A stretch of 64,000 nucleotides of DNA, taken from the NCBI GenBank assembly GCA_965203295.1, contig CBDBCZ010000018.1, positions 832,001 through 896,000 on the forward strand, given 5' to 3'. Shown here piece after piece: positions 26,901 to 41,900 of the stretch. How positions within the stretch are numbered: the first letter of the stretch is position 1; each line of letters opens with the position of its first letter. The position numbers were made by a program, and so were the translations under genes. The DNA is from Nitrospirales bacterium (lineage in GTDB: Bacteria > Nitrospirota > Nitrospiria > Nitrospirales > UBA8639). The notes below the pieces were generated by a model. It did no database searches, had not been told where the DNA came from, and saw only the letters and a list, made by a program, of their open reading frames with translations.

Positions 26901-29900
26901 GAGATGCACAGACGGGTCACAGACACAGAGAACCTACAGAAGCTGAGAAGACCAGAAGGAAGCACTGACCAGACAAGTTGCAGCGCGGACTAGCGCATTA
27001 GCGCACGAGAGCGACATTTTTGTGGTTGTTATATCCGTACAGGAAGCTATGAATATTTATAAAATATATATCAGTACAGAGGTCAATACATGCGCAAAGT
27101 AAACAGGATATAATCGTTGTGGTTGCTGCGTACTACGCGGCACTACGTGGCTGATAAGACCAGGCAATTTAAGAGCGCCATTTGGCGCTCTCGGAAGCCA
27201 TAGGGTTAAGAAAGCATATTTGTGGCACAGCAAAGTGTCCTCAATACAGAGCTGTGCTTATTTTCAGCGGTTTTCTTTTAACTCATTGCATGCCACGGGC
27301 CACTTTATTGGCCTTTACGTAACGCTTCCGCTACGCCACGGGCCATTAAAGTGGCCCTAGAAACGGCAAGTTCGTTTATCGGCCAGGAGGGGCAACCCCT
27401 TCCTTTATTAGCCATAAAATTGAGTACTGTGATTACTAATAGTGATGTAACTGTGCCGAAAGTCGGTCTACTCAGTAATAGAACGGATATACACGGCAAA
27501 ATATACAACCGATCAAGACGATTAGCTACGGCTACCTACACTGCTACACAGTTAGTTAGGCCTTGTAGGCTTTGTAGTCAACTTCATTGGCAGATACAAT
27601 GGTAACTGGTTCAGGAGAGAGACGGGGGCTTCAGCAGGATCGTCGATCTTTGCTGCCTGAGCGTCAAGACCACAGTACCGTGTCGAACTTACCGTGTATC
27701 GGGTTATCGATCCTGAATCCCTTCTTCGTTCCAATCCGCTGCCCTTTTTGCCTTCAATGGCTGTAGCTGGTAGTCTTCCAACATATACGATGCAAAATTT
27801 GCTGGATACTTGACTTGGTAAGCATAAAAATAGCCATACGCTGTACTAAAACTTTTAGTACGCCATTTTTGTAAAAACGGTGGCGTGGAGCATCACGCGC
27901 GTGACGTAATTACGGCGTGCAATGAGTTAAGAGGGGTTCCACTGTACTAAGATACTGGACTGAAGCTGCTCTTAGTGTGTATAGGGGACTTGAAACTGGT
28001 CTCGCTGGTCTGATCATAGATCTAGCAATTCACATTCATAAGGCTTACGCATTAATCAAGCTACCCTCATTCCCAGGCCCGCGACTTCTTCAGTTACACA
28101 AAGGAAAGTCACAGGGCGTGATATCTAAAGTTGATCAAATTATGTCATTATCCGCTTTGAAAGACAACAGCATTTCTCTAAATTTTACCGGAGTCTTAGT
28201 ATCAGTGGTATAAGTCTATGGCATAAACACGCTATAGAGATAAGCTACAAGAGGTGTGGATTCACTACTTTCTCTCACTGTCTAAGAATTCCAAGTGTAT
28301 GCACTCATGCTCATAATTACCACCTCTCTATTTTTGGGTCTACGTAAGTGACTTTAGATCCCAGGCCCTGTGACAGCTTTCATGCAGCCAGAAAAGTTGT
28401 GGGACTGGGAATGAGATCGCTAATAACTTTAACACACAAAGACACTGATTAAAACTTGCAAAGAAGCTCATATGGCATAATATTGACGGGAATAGATAGG
28501 AGTGCTTACCCTTCCGGTGTTATCCTGCTCGTTTACATCCATTCCAGTGTCCAACAGCTTTGCAGCAATTTCATCGTGCCCAAAATGACTAGCAGTACTC
28601 AGGGGCGTCTGTAAAATAATGCTTCGTAAAAGTAATGAAAAACACAAATTACTCCCCTTGTTTGCATATTACACTCAACAAACTGTGTAAATATGTAAAT
28701 GCAACAACTGTCAATGTGTTTTCACGACAGGTTCGTGCCCTGCCGCTTAATGGAAGTTCAGAGATATTGTGTTTTAAACGTAGAGACCCAGCTGGGCATT
28801 GAACCCAGAACCTTCTGAATACTAGTCAGGTGCTCTTACCACTGAGCTACGGGGGCCCCTTGGCAGAGGAGCAGTAGGCAGTCTTTAGAGCCTCTAAACC
28901 CACTAGTAGCACTTGCCAGTAGGGCCCAGCCAATTGCATGCAACTGTAATTACTCTCCCATTAGGCCTCCCCCCTATTTCCTAAACACCATAAATGTGCT
29001 CGACCCAAACGTAGCAAACATGCATACAGGTTGTGAGTTCCACTCACATGTCCATACTTATCCTTTTTGATGGCATCAGCTCCATTATCCAGTAGAAGAG
29101 TGACAATGTGTGCATGAGAGCTTACCCAATGCAATGGGACCTATACAACAAAAGAACGTAATATATACGCACTAGATAAAATTAATACTGACGTACACGT
29201 TCCCCATACTCACCTGCATACACAATACTTCCTTCAACACACACATCCATCCATAATCATCACCATCAACCACGACATCTCACCTCAATCCAACAACCAT
29301 CCTTATGTCCTTATCCACAATCATTACATACTTCACAAAACACAACACCCCACGCTACAACCAAATCCAAACCTTCACAGGAACATTACTCCCATAAAAA
29401 TGCACTTCGCTCGACAAATCTCGCATTCACAAGCACAAACCAAGCAGAGTAATTCCGCGGTATTTTAAAGTAGAAGCTTTAGTACCCACTCACTTGGCCC
29501 TGATGATCTTCTTTGTTGATATTCGCCCCATGGTCCAGTAGGGTTTTCACAGTGTCCTCGTCACCACTCTTACATGCAAAGTGCAAGGGTGTCTGCAAAA
29601 GTTAACACTTGCAGTCAACTACATAATGAAGTCAATATTGCAATGGTTTGTTGCACTTTTTGGGCAATACTGCAGGAGAGTAGCCACACAATTTTATGTG
29701 GCAGAAAACGAAGAAAAGCTGAAATGAAATGTAAAAGTGCATGCAATACATCATGTTACATACTATACATAGATTATTGCTGTAAGGAATTTATTTCATA
29801 CTTTATGGTAAAACTGTGTTGGTATCCTTGCAATTCTACATGTACATGCACACTATCGGTACTTTTTCACATGCATGCCTAGACCTTACATGTAAGGATG

Positions 29901-32900
29901 TGTAGCAGGCCTAATGTATGTATATATTCACTTACACAGGGTTAGTTCAGACTACATGTTTATGCTATAGAGTAACACTTGCATAATCGTAAGTGTATCC
30001 AGTGCAAAATGTAGGAGTTATAGTATTTCATGTGTACATCCCATAGACGCAAATTCCTCCACTGGTTATGTTGAGTACCATGAAGATATGTAAAACACTT
30101 CAAAGTTTATGTATCATTAAATTTTATAGTAGGTATACTTCTTTCAGCTTTGGCAAGGTACACACACACATACCGCCCCATTGTTATCTTCAGAATCCAC
30201 TGCCGCGCCATGTATAAAGCTACCGTCCTCAGCTCTATCTTGTTGGAGATGCTCTCTGAAGGGAGAGAAGGAAAATGTTTACCTCGTACCCAGGTCTTTC
30301 ACTTTTTAAAATAAATCCTGTAAAGCAGGCATGGGTACAAGGTTGAAAGGTTTGATTGCTTAGTTTCTGCAGCTCAGGATGCCTATTGTAGCATAGTTAC
30401 TATAAGTTGTAGTTCTACAGCTGCAGTTTGCTTGGCCTAAGCTGAGTTGTGTATTGTACGGGAAAGGTTCCTGGCTGGTTTTTAGACATGAAATGTCAGA
30501 CTTGTTTGTAAAGCTACGGTAAGGTAGGGGTTTTACTACTTAGATTCTAGCTATTTTACTTTGAAACTGTTACATGTAACGTACACAAGATCACTCAAGG
30601 AGCGGTTATTATGTTCCATTTTGCCAAAGACTTTTTCATTACATGATCAGCCAGCATATAGCTAAATACCATCCACTATAGTGCACGTGATCATTTTCAA
30701 CCTCTCCTGGGTTGAATCAATGCACCATTCTTGCAGTGGAGACAAAATGTACATGTACAGACTAACCTTGGGTCTAGCAGCAATTTCACTACTCTCGCAC
30801 AGCCTCTACCAGCAGCAATATGGAGGGCAGTCCCACTCTCACAGCCGGCACCAACTTCCAGATCTATGACAAAGTGGGGCAGAAACATGAATGTAAGTTG
30901 TACATGTCATTCTACCTACTATATACATTTCTGACAAAATTCTTAAGGTACATTGTTTGTCTACAATTAAGGGTGTGTTTTACTGACTCAATTGAGCACA
31001 TATCTAGCTGTATTTTCGCATCCCACATTTACACGCACAGTGGTGAAATGCTTGTTTGTGATCGTGTGTCTGTTTGTTTGTTTTTCCAAAGAAAAAATGA
31101 GGGTTGAACGATTACTACTCATATTAAAAATGCAATCTACGTGTATTAGTAGCAAGACACCATACAAGGTTAGATACTGAGACCGAGTCTCTACGACGTT
31201 TAGAAACCCGAGGGGGAGGGGTGAGAATAACGCAATAGTGATTGAGGCGGAGTTGAGGTAACTATTGTGTCATTCTCATTCCGACTGCAAGGGTTTCAAA
31301 CCGAGTAGAGACGAGGGCGAGTTGAATCTAACTGGGTTAGAACCGACGGATGACGAACGGAGCGACATGGAGAGCAGTAGAGAAGCTAAACATGCGTATT
31401 CGGAAGTGATTTCGCCAAGTCTGCTGGCAAGCTTGCGTGAACCCTTACCCGGTTTGTTCTGCCGCCACAATTCAAGCTTGGAATTGGCGACAACTGGGAA
31501 GGTCCTTCTGCTGGAGTCGGCTTTGAAACGATCTGCGATTAAGATGATTTTCTTTTGAAAGCATCGCAGCTACTTGGCGCCAAAGGAGATGAGACGGCCA
31601 TCGGCTCAAAGGAGAGACACTTCGCAATGCTGAAGTGGATAATTTGCTGCTGTTGGCCAGCCAGGCATTGGAATCAGGTACAGAGAACGCCCAACCTGGC
31701 ACTAGCAAGGGTCGTTTCTCATCCCTTGCATCGTCTACTAAAGTTCAGGAGGTGAGAAAACAGGGTGTGCCCAAGAAAACTGCTGCACAAACTAGTTGGG
31801 CGGGAAAGGTATGGGCTGATTGGGCAAAGCAGCGGTTGATCAAGCATTTTGTTGATGAGGAGGAAGAGAAATGTGAGCTTTGTGAAGATTTCTGCAATGA
31901 AAATATGGCTACCTAAGCTTGTTTTGGAGATGCGAAGGAGAGATGGTGACCACTATCCACCCGATACCCTTTATGGTATATGCACTGCATTGAATCATAG
32001 CCTAAAGAGGGTCAACAGAGCTGACACAAAATATTTTCACTGATCCTGGGTTTATCTGCTTTAAGGAAACACTTGACGCTGAGATGAAGGCTTTAAACGC
32101 TACTGGCAATTATCAGCGTAAAGAAGCAGAGGTTGTTAAACCACACCATGAGGATCTCTTTTGGGAGAAGAGACTATTGGGAGACCACTACCCAAAAGTG
32201 CTTCTTGATACCATGGTATATTACATTGGGCTGTTTTTTTTTTGCTATCAGAGGGGGAGAACATTGTCGTTTGTGGCATAACAGCTTCGCCATTAGGTGA
32301 AACACCCTATTTATGTTTCACTGAAGACGTTTCGAAAACAAACCAGGGTGGGCTACTCCATCGCAAAGAAGGTTCCTAAAGAAGTGATGCACTGTCCTAA
32401 TAATCGTCCTGAAAACGCATTTTATCTCAAGCCTTTGGAGAAACCCAGACCTGATTGCTGGTATACACGTATACCTTAGGGGCACATTATGTCACCTCGT
32501 ACGGTTAGCCGCCTCTTTGAAGAAGCTGGAGATTGTGGTCACTCCACTAATCATTCCTTAAGAGCGACTGCAGCTACATGCATGTTTGATGTTGGTATTG
32601 ATGAGCAAGTAATCATGCATTGCACTGGACACAGCAGTGCAGTTGGTGTTCGAAGCTATAAGAGGACTACAGACAGTTTAAAGAAGACTTCAGAGGTCAT
32701 GCCAGTGTTCACTAAGAAGGAGAAGCTGGACTCAGAACCATGTGAGGCTAGCGCGGTCGTAGAAAATAAGGAGAACAAGCCAATGGGAGCACCTAAAAGC
32801 CACTCTATAAACTGTGCTGGTGCATCCAACTTTACTGTTTATTTTAACTATTGAAGTCATTGGGAATTCCTAACTTCATGCAGTTTAATTCAGATTGTAA

Positions 32901-35900
32901 ACCCTGGTTGTTCACAAACTGCTTGTACTAACAGTCATACCTTTCCTGAACTTTTAATTGCTTTATGAAATCATAGTGATCTATATTTCTTCACAGTGAT
33001 ATAAATTTAACTTAGATACCTACAGAGCAGTTACTATAGGATTGAGACACTGCACTGTAGTAAGGAACATCAAACAGAACTATTCATTAGAGCACTCACA
33101 GAGAGCCATTCCACATAGCCCCCAACCTAAAATCCTTGAAGATGAATGCCTGCAACTGATTGACATTGTTTATATTCCGCTAGAATGAAGGACAGACTAG
33201 GCACATGATTCTGGTCAACTGGAGGATTTTGTTTTTTCCGTGCAACTGGGTTGGATAATAATGCTCATTACTACTACTTCTCTTGTTAAATTAAAGAATG
33301 ATTAGTAGCGTAGATGCTACTCACTATTGAGTCTGGTTGTCTAGTAAGTAAAAAAATAAAATTACATAAACATTTTGCCCTCTCATTGTGAGAGTAACTA
33401 ATCTGATGGCTACAAGTCATTGACAGGCCTCTAGTTCAGTACTTCAAGCAAGCACAATGCTACTAAACTTTGAGTGTTAATGGAGTTTAACCCTAAGGTT
33501 AAACCGAGTTAATTGGTGACGGTCAGCGCGCGTTCAGGTCTAGGTGGTAGTCTGCGCGAACGCATCCTGCCACTTCAGCCAGTTCAGCTCTGCTAGTGCT
33601 GAGAAAGAAGACAGGAGAAGTAGAGCATGCAAGAGGGCTAAACGTCATCTTAGAGTCACCGGAAAGTGGTCAGAGTTTCGCAATGAGTCAGGAGACACAG
33701 ATGGAGGCCGCCGGTGGAGGCCGCCGGATAAGTGCAACAGGGGACCCCGCGCTAAGCTAGCTAAGGCATAGACAGCCAGCGGCTTACAGCCACCATAGCC
33801 ATATGGAAAGTATGCAAGCCACGGACAAGAAAAGGGCCAGCTAAGTACCAGGGCCAGCTAAGGGAAACTCCGGGGCCGGGACACAGGCCAGCTAGGCGCC
33901 AAGAAAAGAAGGAAATGGCTGCCAGAGTTTGAATGGCGCGAAGAAGCAATTGGGGGAGGCCACTGGGGAGGCTGCACCAGATAGGGCGCCTGTGGGGCCA
34001 GGCCAGTTAATCAGGCAACCAGACCTCGCGAACTGCCGCTAAGCCAGTCACTAGGCAAGCTAGCATGCTGGCCAGAAAACAACCAAACAACCAAAAAAAA
34101 AACAGGCCTGCGGGCTTATATCTAGGCGACGCCCTTCTACCACTGCCACAGAGGCTTGTGGATAAGATATCTCGCCTTGAGTTTGTCGTGATGTCTGAGC
34201 TTCTTCCCGAGTATTGGCTGGCGGAGGAAGCCTCTGAAGCACGGTGTTGTCATGCCAACACCAGGCGACGCTGCATCCCCGTGACGGACATACTCACAAG
34301 GACCCAATGCTTTGCCTCCTTGGCAATTGTGCTTTCCCGCAACCACCCGGAGCAAACGTCCGACCTTCTGGCATACCTGAGCACAATTGTCCGCTGCCAC
34401 AAAAAGTTCAACGGGCTCGGTGGGGTCCAGTACGATGCCGTATTCCGCCGGCAGGCAGCCATCACGCGAGATCTCAACTGGGGAAGAGTTAACCCGACCC
34501 TGTATAGCATCTGCTTGGCAGGCCAGGCCAGGCACCTCATCCGCTATAGGATATGCCTGAGTATCAACCATGCATCAGAGCAATGCCCGCAACCACCACT
34601 GTTCCTGCTGGCTCCAGTCGCCGCCGGGGGCCAGCCGCCGTACCCAGGGCTCAGACACAGTTCCTGCAACTAGATGGGAAGGCCATTTCAAGCTGGGCAG
34701 GTTTGAGAGTCGTAAGCAGTAGAAGACTCACTGCAGCCAAAGAGACACTTAGTCACAGCAGCAGTTAACCAGCATTTATGCAGTGTAGCCAGGCTAGCAG
34801 TGATGGCATAGCCAGGTACATTATGCAGTCAAGCGAGTATTGGCCTTCCGGCCATGCTATTAATCATCATGGTGTCAAACAGATGGTCATTTACATTTGC
34901 TTTTCCGTCAGCTTTTTGGGAAGTGGTAGGTAATAGTAAGGCTCATCTGCCTACAGCCTCGGCTGTAGACGTGACCGGGGGCTGGTTCCGCCCCCTACTT
35001 GTAGGCGCTTCTTCGTTCTGTACGGTGGGGCTACCAGTATACAGCCAAGCTTGTAGCCCTGGACCAGGCAGGTGGAGGACGATCTGGGCAGGGGGACCCA
35101 CGTCTTGATCCGATAACCACGTCTCTAAATAGGCTGGAGCGGGTGGCACTCCTGCAAAGACTTCCGGACAAGGCCTACGCAGACTACATTCCTCACAGGC
35201 ATTGTCAATGGCTTCCGGACAGGCTTCAGTTGGCGGCAGGCAGAAGCTGAAGCCGGCGCGCAAGAGCATGAGGTCAGCAGTAGAACACCCGGAAGTTGTA
35301 CAGAAGTACCTGGTAGCGGAGGTAATGTAACATGGGCCCATTCGCAGTGGGTGAAATCAAAGCCCACATTAGCAGTCTTGGCGTAATCCCCAAGAAAAAC
35401 AAGCCGGGCAGCTGGCGATTGATCTTGGACCTCTCCCATCCCGAAGGCTTCAGCGTCAATGACGGTATCAGGAGGGAGGAATGCTCCCTCCCTCGCATGC
35501 GCTGGGGTGAAAAAGTGTAATTTGATGCCGCATTGTCCTTTAGCCTGCGCTCAGCGCCAAAAATCTTCACAGCCATAGCGGACGGAGTTTGCTGGGGTCT
35601 GAAGGTGCAGAGAGTCCTGTCCAACTACATCACAGTGGGCAGCCCAGAGTCACACAAATGCAGCTATAACTGCAGTATGATCGACAGCACCCTAGACAAA
35701 CTGGGCCTTTCTCACGGAAAAAGACAAGAGTGAAGGCCCTACCACCAACCTGGAATTCCTGGGCATCATGCTAGACACGGTCACCCTGGAGGCACGCCTT
35801 CCAGTGGCCAAGTTGGTGCAGTTACGTCTAATGTTGAAAACTTAGGAAGGGCAAAAGTCGTGTACCAGGGAGGAACTGCCGTCTCTGGCGGGTCAATTAT

Positions 35901-38900
35901 AGCATACAGCCACAGTGGTACACCCCGGCCTCACATTCCTGCGTCGACGTTTCGACCTCTTGAAGCACACCAGGAAACTTCACCGCCATATAAGGCTGAA
36001 CAAGGCGGCTCGTTCTGATTTGTTGTGGTGGCAGACGATCATCACATCCTGGAACGGCGTCTCCATGACGGCAATGAATTTGAAACCTGCAGACGATACT
36101 GTAGCGTCAGATGCTTCCGAGGTTTTGGTGCTTGCAGGGGTAAATAGTGGATCCAGCTATAGTGGCCTCCCGAGTGGGCCGCGAAACCGATCGCGACAAG
36201 AGAGTTAGCCCCACTGGTGATGGTGTGCGCAGTGTGGGGTAGAAACTGGAAAGGCCAATGCATCATGGCCAAGTGCGACAACACAGCAGCAGTCAATGAG
36301 GGCATCAAGAAAGTCCAAGTATTAGGTTTGGCCACAAGTACGAGGCTGCCAATCACCCCATCCATCATTTGAAGGGTTAGAGCACTGTGGTCTAGGATGG
36401 ATAGAGATCCGGACACGATAATGCAGTGGGCAGCCTGCACAATGTGCTTTTTCGGATTGTTTAGAGCAGGCAAGATTACCGAGCCAGGGCAGGCAGCATA
36501 TGAAGCCACTCGCCACATGAGCTTCAAAGACTTAGCAGTCGATAGCCTGGTAGCGCCGACTTTCATTCGGATTAGGCTGAAGTTTTCGAAGATGGACCAG
36601 AGGGACAGACATCTTTCTGGGACGCACAAATGACGACTTTAGCCTCGTAGCCAAGTGCATTAAATAGGGGAAAAGTGTGCCTGGTATCCACTGCTTGTGC
36701 ATACACTTAATTTTCCGGAATTCCGTGGCGATAGGATACCAGCGTGGCATGTCCGTGGTATTATGGCATCAATACCGAATACGCGGCCGTATTACCAATT
36801 GTGCACGCGATAATGGCTGCTTGTACGGAGGACTTTGATCGCTCACTCTTTACGTCTTTCCATGCTTTGGATGTGCAATGATGACACTGAAACTCAAGCA
36901 GAGGGCATCCGTGAAGTCCATCTACGAAGAGAAAGACCTTTTTCTTGAGCTCCCAACTGACTTTGGTAAGTAATTGTGCTATAAAGTTCTACCCTTCGTG
37001 TTTGATGTGAAGCTTGGAAGGCTAACTGTCAATAGTACTAACAGACTAGGCATGAGCAAGTTCAACGGGAATCTTTACTGCCGCAGTATATCTGTAGTAA
37101 ATATTCTGCGTGGACGACATCATTGTACAAGTCCAATAATTGTGACGACATCACTTAATACAAGCCCACTGAAATTCACGCGGACTTAGTGCACTAATTA
37201 CGTGCATGCTTGAACAGTTCAAGTTAACAGATGGCCGAAACCTGACAAAGGAACGATTTACAGGGGGCGCTTGAGCAGCTCTACATAGGTCTACACAGTA
37301 CTAACTACACAAGCCATAGCTTACGGATTGGAGCGGCAACAACGGCAGCTCAGATAGACGTGGAAGACTCGACCATTCAAGCACTGGGTCGTTGGAACAG
37401 CGACGTGTTTAAGAAATATGTGCAACTATCAAAGGACTTTCTGGCGTGGCTATCGGTATCACTCTCAGGGCCGGAGATACAACCGGCCACATAGGGATGC
37501 AGTATTATAGTGTGTTTTTCTTTGTCTTATGGCTGTTTTGAGGCAGCGGCGGCGGCAGCAACCATCAAGTGGAACTGTCACTCCGTCAGACGCGAACGCA
37601 TAGGTGCGTTTAAGTTGAAGGACCGAACTTTGGTAAGCTTTGGGAGAAGTGGAGTTCCTTCCATGGACTGTGCGGAGCAGCTACGTCCACACGGACTACT
37701 TGCTCCCAAGTAGCAGAACAAGCAGGAGGGCAGCAGCGATGATGAGAGCTCAGAAGCCTCAGTTGTAATTAATATTACTAAGGCAGGGAAGGCACCTGAT
37801 CCCCAAGCACCCTACTGCAGCTAGGCTCATCCTCACTGCTAGTGGTCCGGTATGTCGGCCAAATCAAAAGAAGGAGATCAATTAATGTCTAGTAAAACAC
37901 ACGGGATGATCCTGTGCTATTGCTTTACCAAATTCAAAAATCTCCACTTGCCTGTTAACCCTTTATACCCCGTATTGCGCATGCGCATTACGTCAGTCAA
38001 TTATCAGAATAATTTAATTACGGCACGAGGACGGTAGTATGTTCGGTTTATGGCTTTGTAACGAAAGACGGGGGATGAATTGGACTAAACTCTCAGCAGA
38101 ACCGAACAGATGAGCTCCTAAGCTTTCATTTGATGTCGGATTCAAGCATGATTGACGGAAGGAAAGTGCCAAGCGGCAGCGGATTTTCGATACCGAACGA
38201 TAATTAAATATCATTGCCACTTACTCTCTGGGAATGACGCCCTGAAGGACAAGCGAGACGTCCATAGACTTGTAGCTGTATTGTAGGAGACAGCTAGCCA
38301 TATTTTTGAACTGCTACTGCTGTACAATAGCCTAGAATTCTGCTCTATATTGTATCGGTTCGTGAACAGATGTTATTCATTGCGGATTTTTTCGTGATCT
38401 GCCTGGATAAGTCCCTGAAAATAGTGCTAAAATGAAAGAATCTGTCCGCTTGAGCATCACTAACCACAGTGGGGATCTTCCTGGAGCGTCGACCACTTTC
38501 CGGTTGAGTCTCGATCATATTCAATGACGTGTACACACGTCTACGGTAATTTGTAGCATGGCAGCCATACAAATCAAAGGTACCGCCTACAGTTTATATA
38601 GTGTAGAAGTGTTCTAACTGCCAGGCGTGTTCTAACTTCCAATTAGTGGTAGTTAGAACATGGCAATTAGGGAAGTTAGAACATGGAAGCTGTTGCAGCT
38701 GTCACAGTGCCTTTGATGTGTATGGCTGTCATGCTACAAACCAGCTAAACCACCCCCTAGACGCGTTTACCAGCAATACACTCGACAGTTCCAGGTAAAC
38801 CCCTCGGGCTTCGCCCTCGGGGTTTACCTGGAACTGTCTCATGTATTACTGGTAAACGCGTCTAGGGGGTGGTTTAACTATAACGTAAACGTTCAATATT

Positions 38901-41900
38901 TATGACGTGTGTAGACGTCTACGGGGTTTAAAGGGTTAATTAATTAATTAAACTACGTGTTTTATTTATAAACTAGGACTTATTGGCTTCATTTTGGGAT
39001 ATTTTCACAGAATTATAGCTTCAACCATAAGAGCAATATATATGCTTGCAGTTCTATAAAATTTGTTACATTACGCGCCATGTAAGTGTCAGTAATTCAG
39101 TTATAGGAAGCCAACTCAGTAACTTCCTGCTGGTTAGATAAAAAACATTTCACGACCACTCCCAGCTCATGCTACAACTTATATGTATCTGAGTGCGATT
39201 AAAGCAATGTTATTCTTTGTATGTCAAACTCTTTTACATAGACGTACAGTCAACAACATAATAATCATAACAGAGGCTACACGTGTGCATAAGCAGACGC
39301 TGGATACTGAAACAAGTCTGACATTTCACGTCTAAAAATACTCTTTTCTAGTACAATACGCACAACTCAGTTCAGGACAAGCCAACTGTAGCTGTGGAAC
39401 TAGTATTAATAGGCACTTTGTGCGCTTCCAGTTTGTAGCTCTAATTTGTTATAAAAAACAGGATCTTAATGTGGTGCCTACCAATATCTCGCTAGTAACG
39501 TATGATGTAATATATTGTACACGTGGACGCACAAACAAACAGATGCGGAAAACGTAATGAAATCGATATTTATGCATTGTGCTTTACGCGCTTCGGCTGT
39601 AGAAAAAAGTTTCAACTCTGGCCCCCTCAAATAATCTCCCAAAGACTACCTCCCATGTTGCAGATGGAAAATCACATTTTTTTACCTGCACCATTCAATA
39701 TCAGCATCTTCACCACACCTTCATAAGTGTACTGAACAGCATAGTGCAGAGCAGTGAGCCCTTTCTTGTCTTTCATATTCACACTTGCTTTCTGAGAAAG
39801 TAGCCAGGCCACTTGTTCCTCGTTACCATTCCTTGCGGCCTACGAGGGAAAAATAAACTTTCAATAGTCCGATTTGAGCCAGTTCCTAACTTACACAGCA
39901 GGGCAAATAGCTACATAAGACTACCGGGAATTTTTAATACAACCGAAAGATTATTACATATTATTGGCCATTGCTGCTTCAGAATGAAAGTCAATGCTGG
40001 GCTCAGTTGCGCACCACAGCTAAAATTAAAGGTGTGTGTATGGTTGGCAAGATGTAGGGATGGTAATTCGTGAAAGAGTTCTGTCGTGTCATTCCTATTT
40101 TGTTTGGTCATTTTTTTGCAATTCAATCCCTACATGTTCTTTCATTTTTTAAACGATTTTTCTAAAGCTACGTGTCATTTGCCATTGCTGTGTGCTTGCT
40201 AAGTTTATTAGGTTGAGTTCAATATGTGACCGGATTTGCGAAAAGGGACCATATCCCACATTTTATGAAAATCGAGGTAGCGTCAGTTTCGTAAACTGTA
40301 CCTTCTGGCGGGGCTGTCTACGAAATTTGGTGGTGATCGGACGCTCGGTTCCCAAGATACAGCCCGAAACGCTAACGCATGACGAAAACTTACGTTTCGC
40401 GTAATCGCAATGTTTTGACGTTGCTACGGTATATCGCACTTCCGTATACTATCCGTATCATAAACGCGTTTAGTACGTAGCTTCATCAACCTAGCCGCCT
40501 TACCTACGGTAAACGGAGACTCTGTAAGTTAAAGAGAGTGGAGAGCAATGAAGGAAGCTAGCAGACTGTGTATAAAGGTACCGCTTGCTGTAACAGCGTT
40601 TTGTACACACATAGCAACGTGTTCCGTATACTAACTTACCACAATAATATGGCCGTGAGTATGGACTGATAGCGCCCTGAAGGCAGTAGAGTCAGGCTTC
40701 ATGCTTTAGTTTCTTGTAGCCTAAGGTCCTGTGGACCCATTCATGCCATAATCGTACTTTGGCTGAAAACTTACCTTGGTCACTAAAATGCTTTATAACT
40801 CGAAATCAATAATTGCGGGATTGCGAAAAGGGACTATCCCTTTTCGCAAATCCGGTCACATATTATATAAATTTCAAAGTGGAGAATTCACCATCTATAA
40901 AAGAGACACCCTTGGTAGCTATATGTACAAGAGCATATACATGTTATGGCTTCCATAGATTATGTGTTAGGTACTTTCTTACTGCTTATTTGATTCCTAT
41001 TTTGATAGCAGCAGCAAAGTGGCTTCCTAACTACATGAGGTAGATACTTTCCCACTGTTTATTTGATTCCTATGTTGATTGCAGTAGCAAGTGGCTATAA
41101 CGAATAATGTTGTTGTTACTGAAAACTGCAATGCATGGCTTGTCCCTGCAAATACAAACAACATCACAATGTACAACAATAGTAACAAGGTTTAGTGGTG
41201 TAGTGGTGTAAAAATTTGGGTTTATGCCGAGCAGACTTGGCCCGTTCCCAGCGACAACAACCAATACCAAAGGTGCGGATTGACTCCCGTATTGGACGTG
41301 GACATTGAGTTGTCCCGTGATTTGCATTGGTTCGTCTGTGTACGTTTTCAAAGTGAGCTTTGACTTGTGCAGTGTCGAGTTGGGGAACATTTCCTTTCGA
41401 GTAGTTTCCGAGATAATTGACACCGCTGCTCCTGTGTCCAGCTCCATTATCAGCGATTTGCCTTCCACTTGGACTGGTATGTGGACGGGGTTTGAAGCGG
41501 GTTCCTTCAACTTGATCAGGTGAAACTCCTCTGTTTCAGAATCTGTGGAGTCTGCCGTCTCACGCTGCACTAGGTTCGTGCCGTGAGGTTTCTTGCGATA
41601 CTTTTTAACCGCTGGGTTGCTCTTGGCTTGCGGTTTTGACCTACAAGCCGGAGCGATGTGGCCTTTCTTACCACAGGCATGGCATTCAGCATCCTTGAAC
41701 CTGCATTCGGGGGCTGTATGGTTCGTTTTCCCGCATCTGTAGCACGGCTGCTGCTTCCCTTGGCCATGGAATTGTCGACCGCTGAGTCTCTTTATGGCCG
41801 GCTCTTCGCGTTTAAACGAACGAGTATTATGCTCAGCAGTTTCCATACCCTGTGTGAGTTCCATAGCGCTGGTTAGGGTGAGCTCGGTGTCCGTGAGTAG

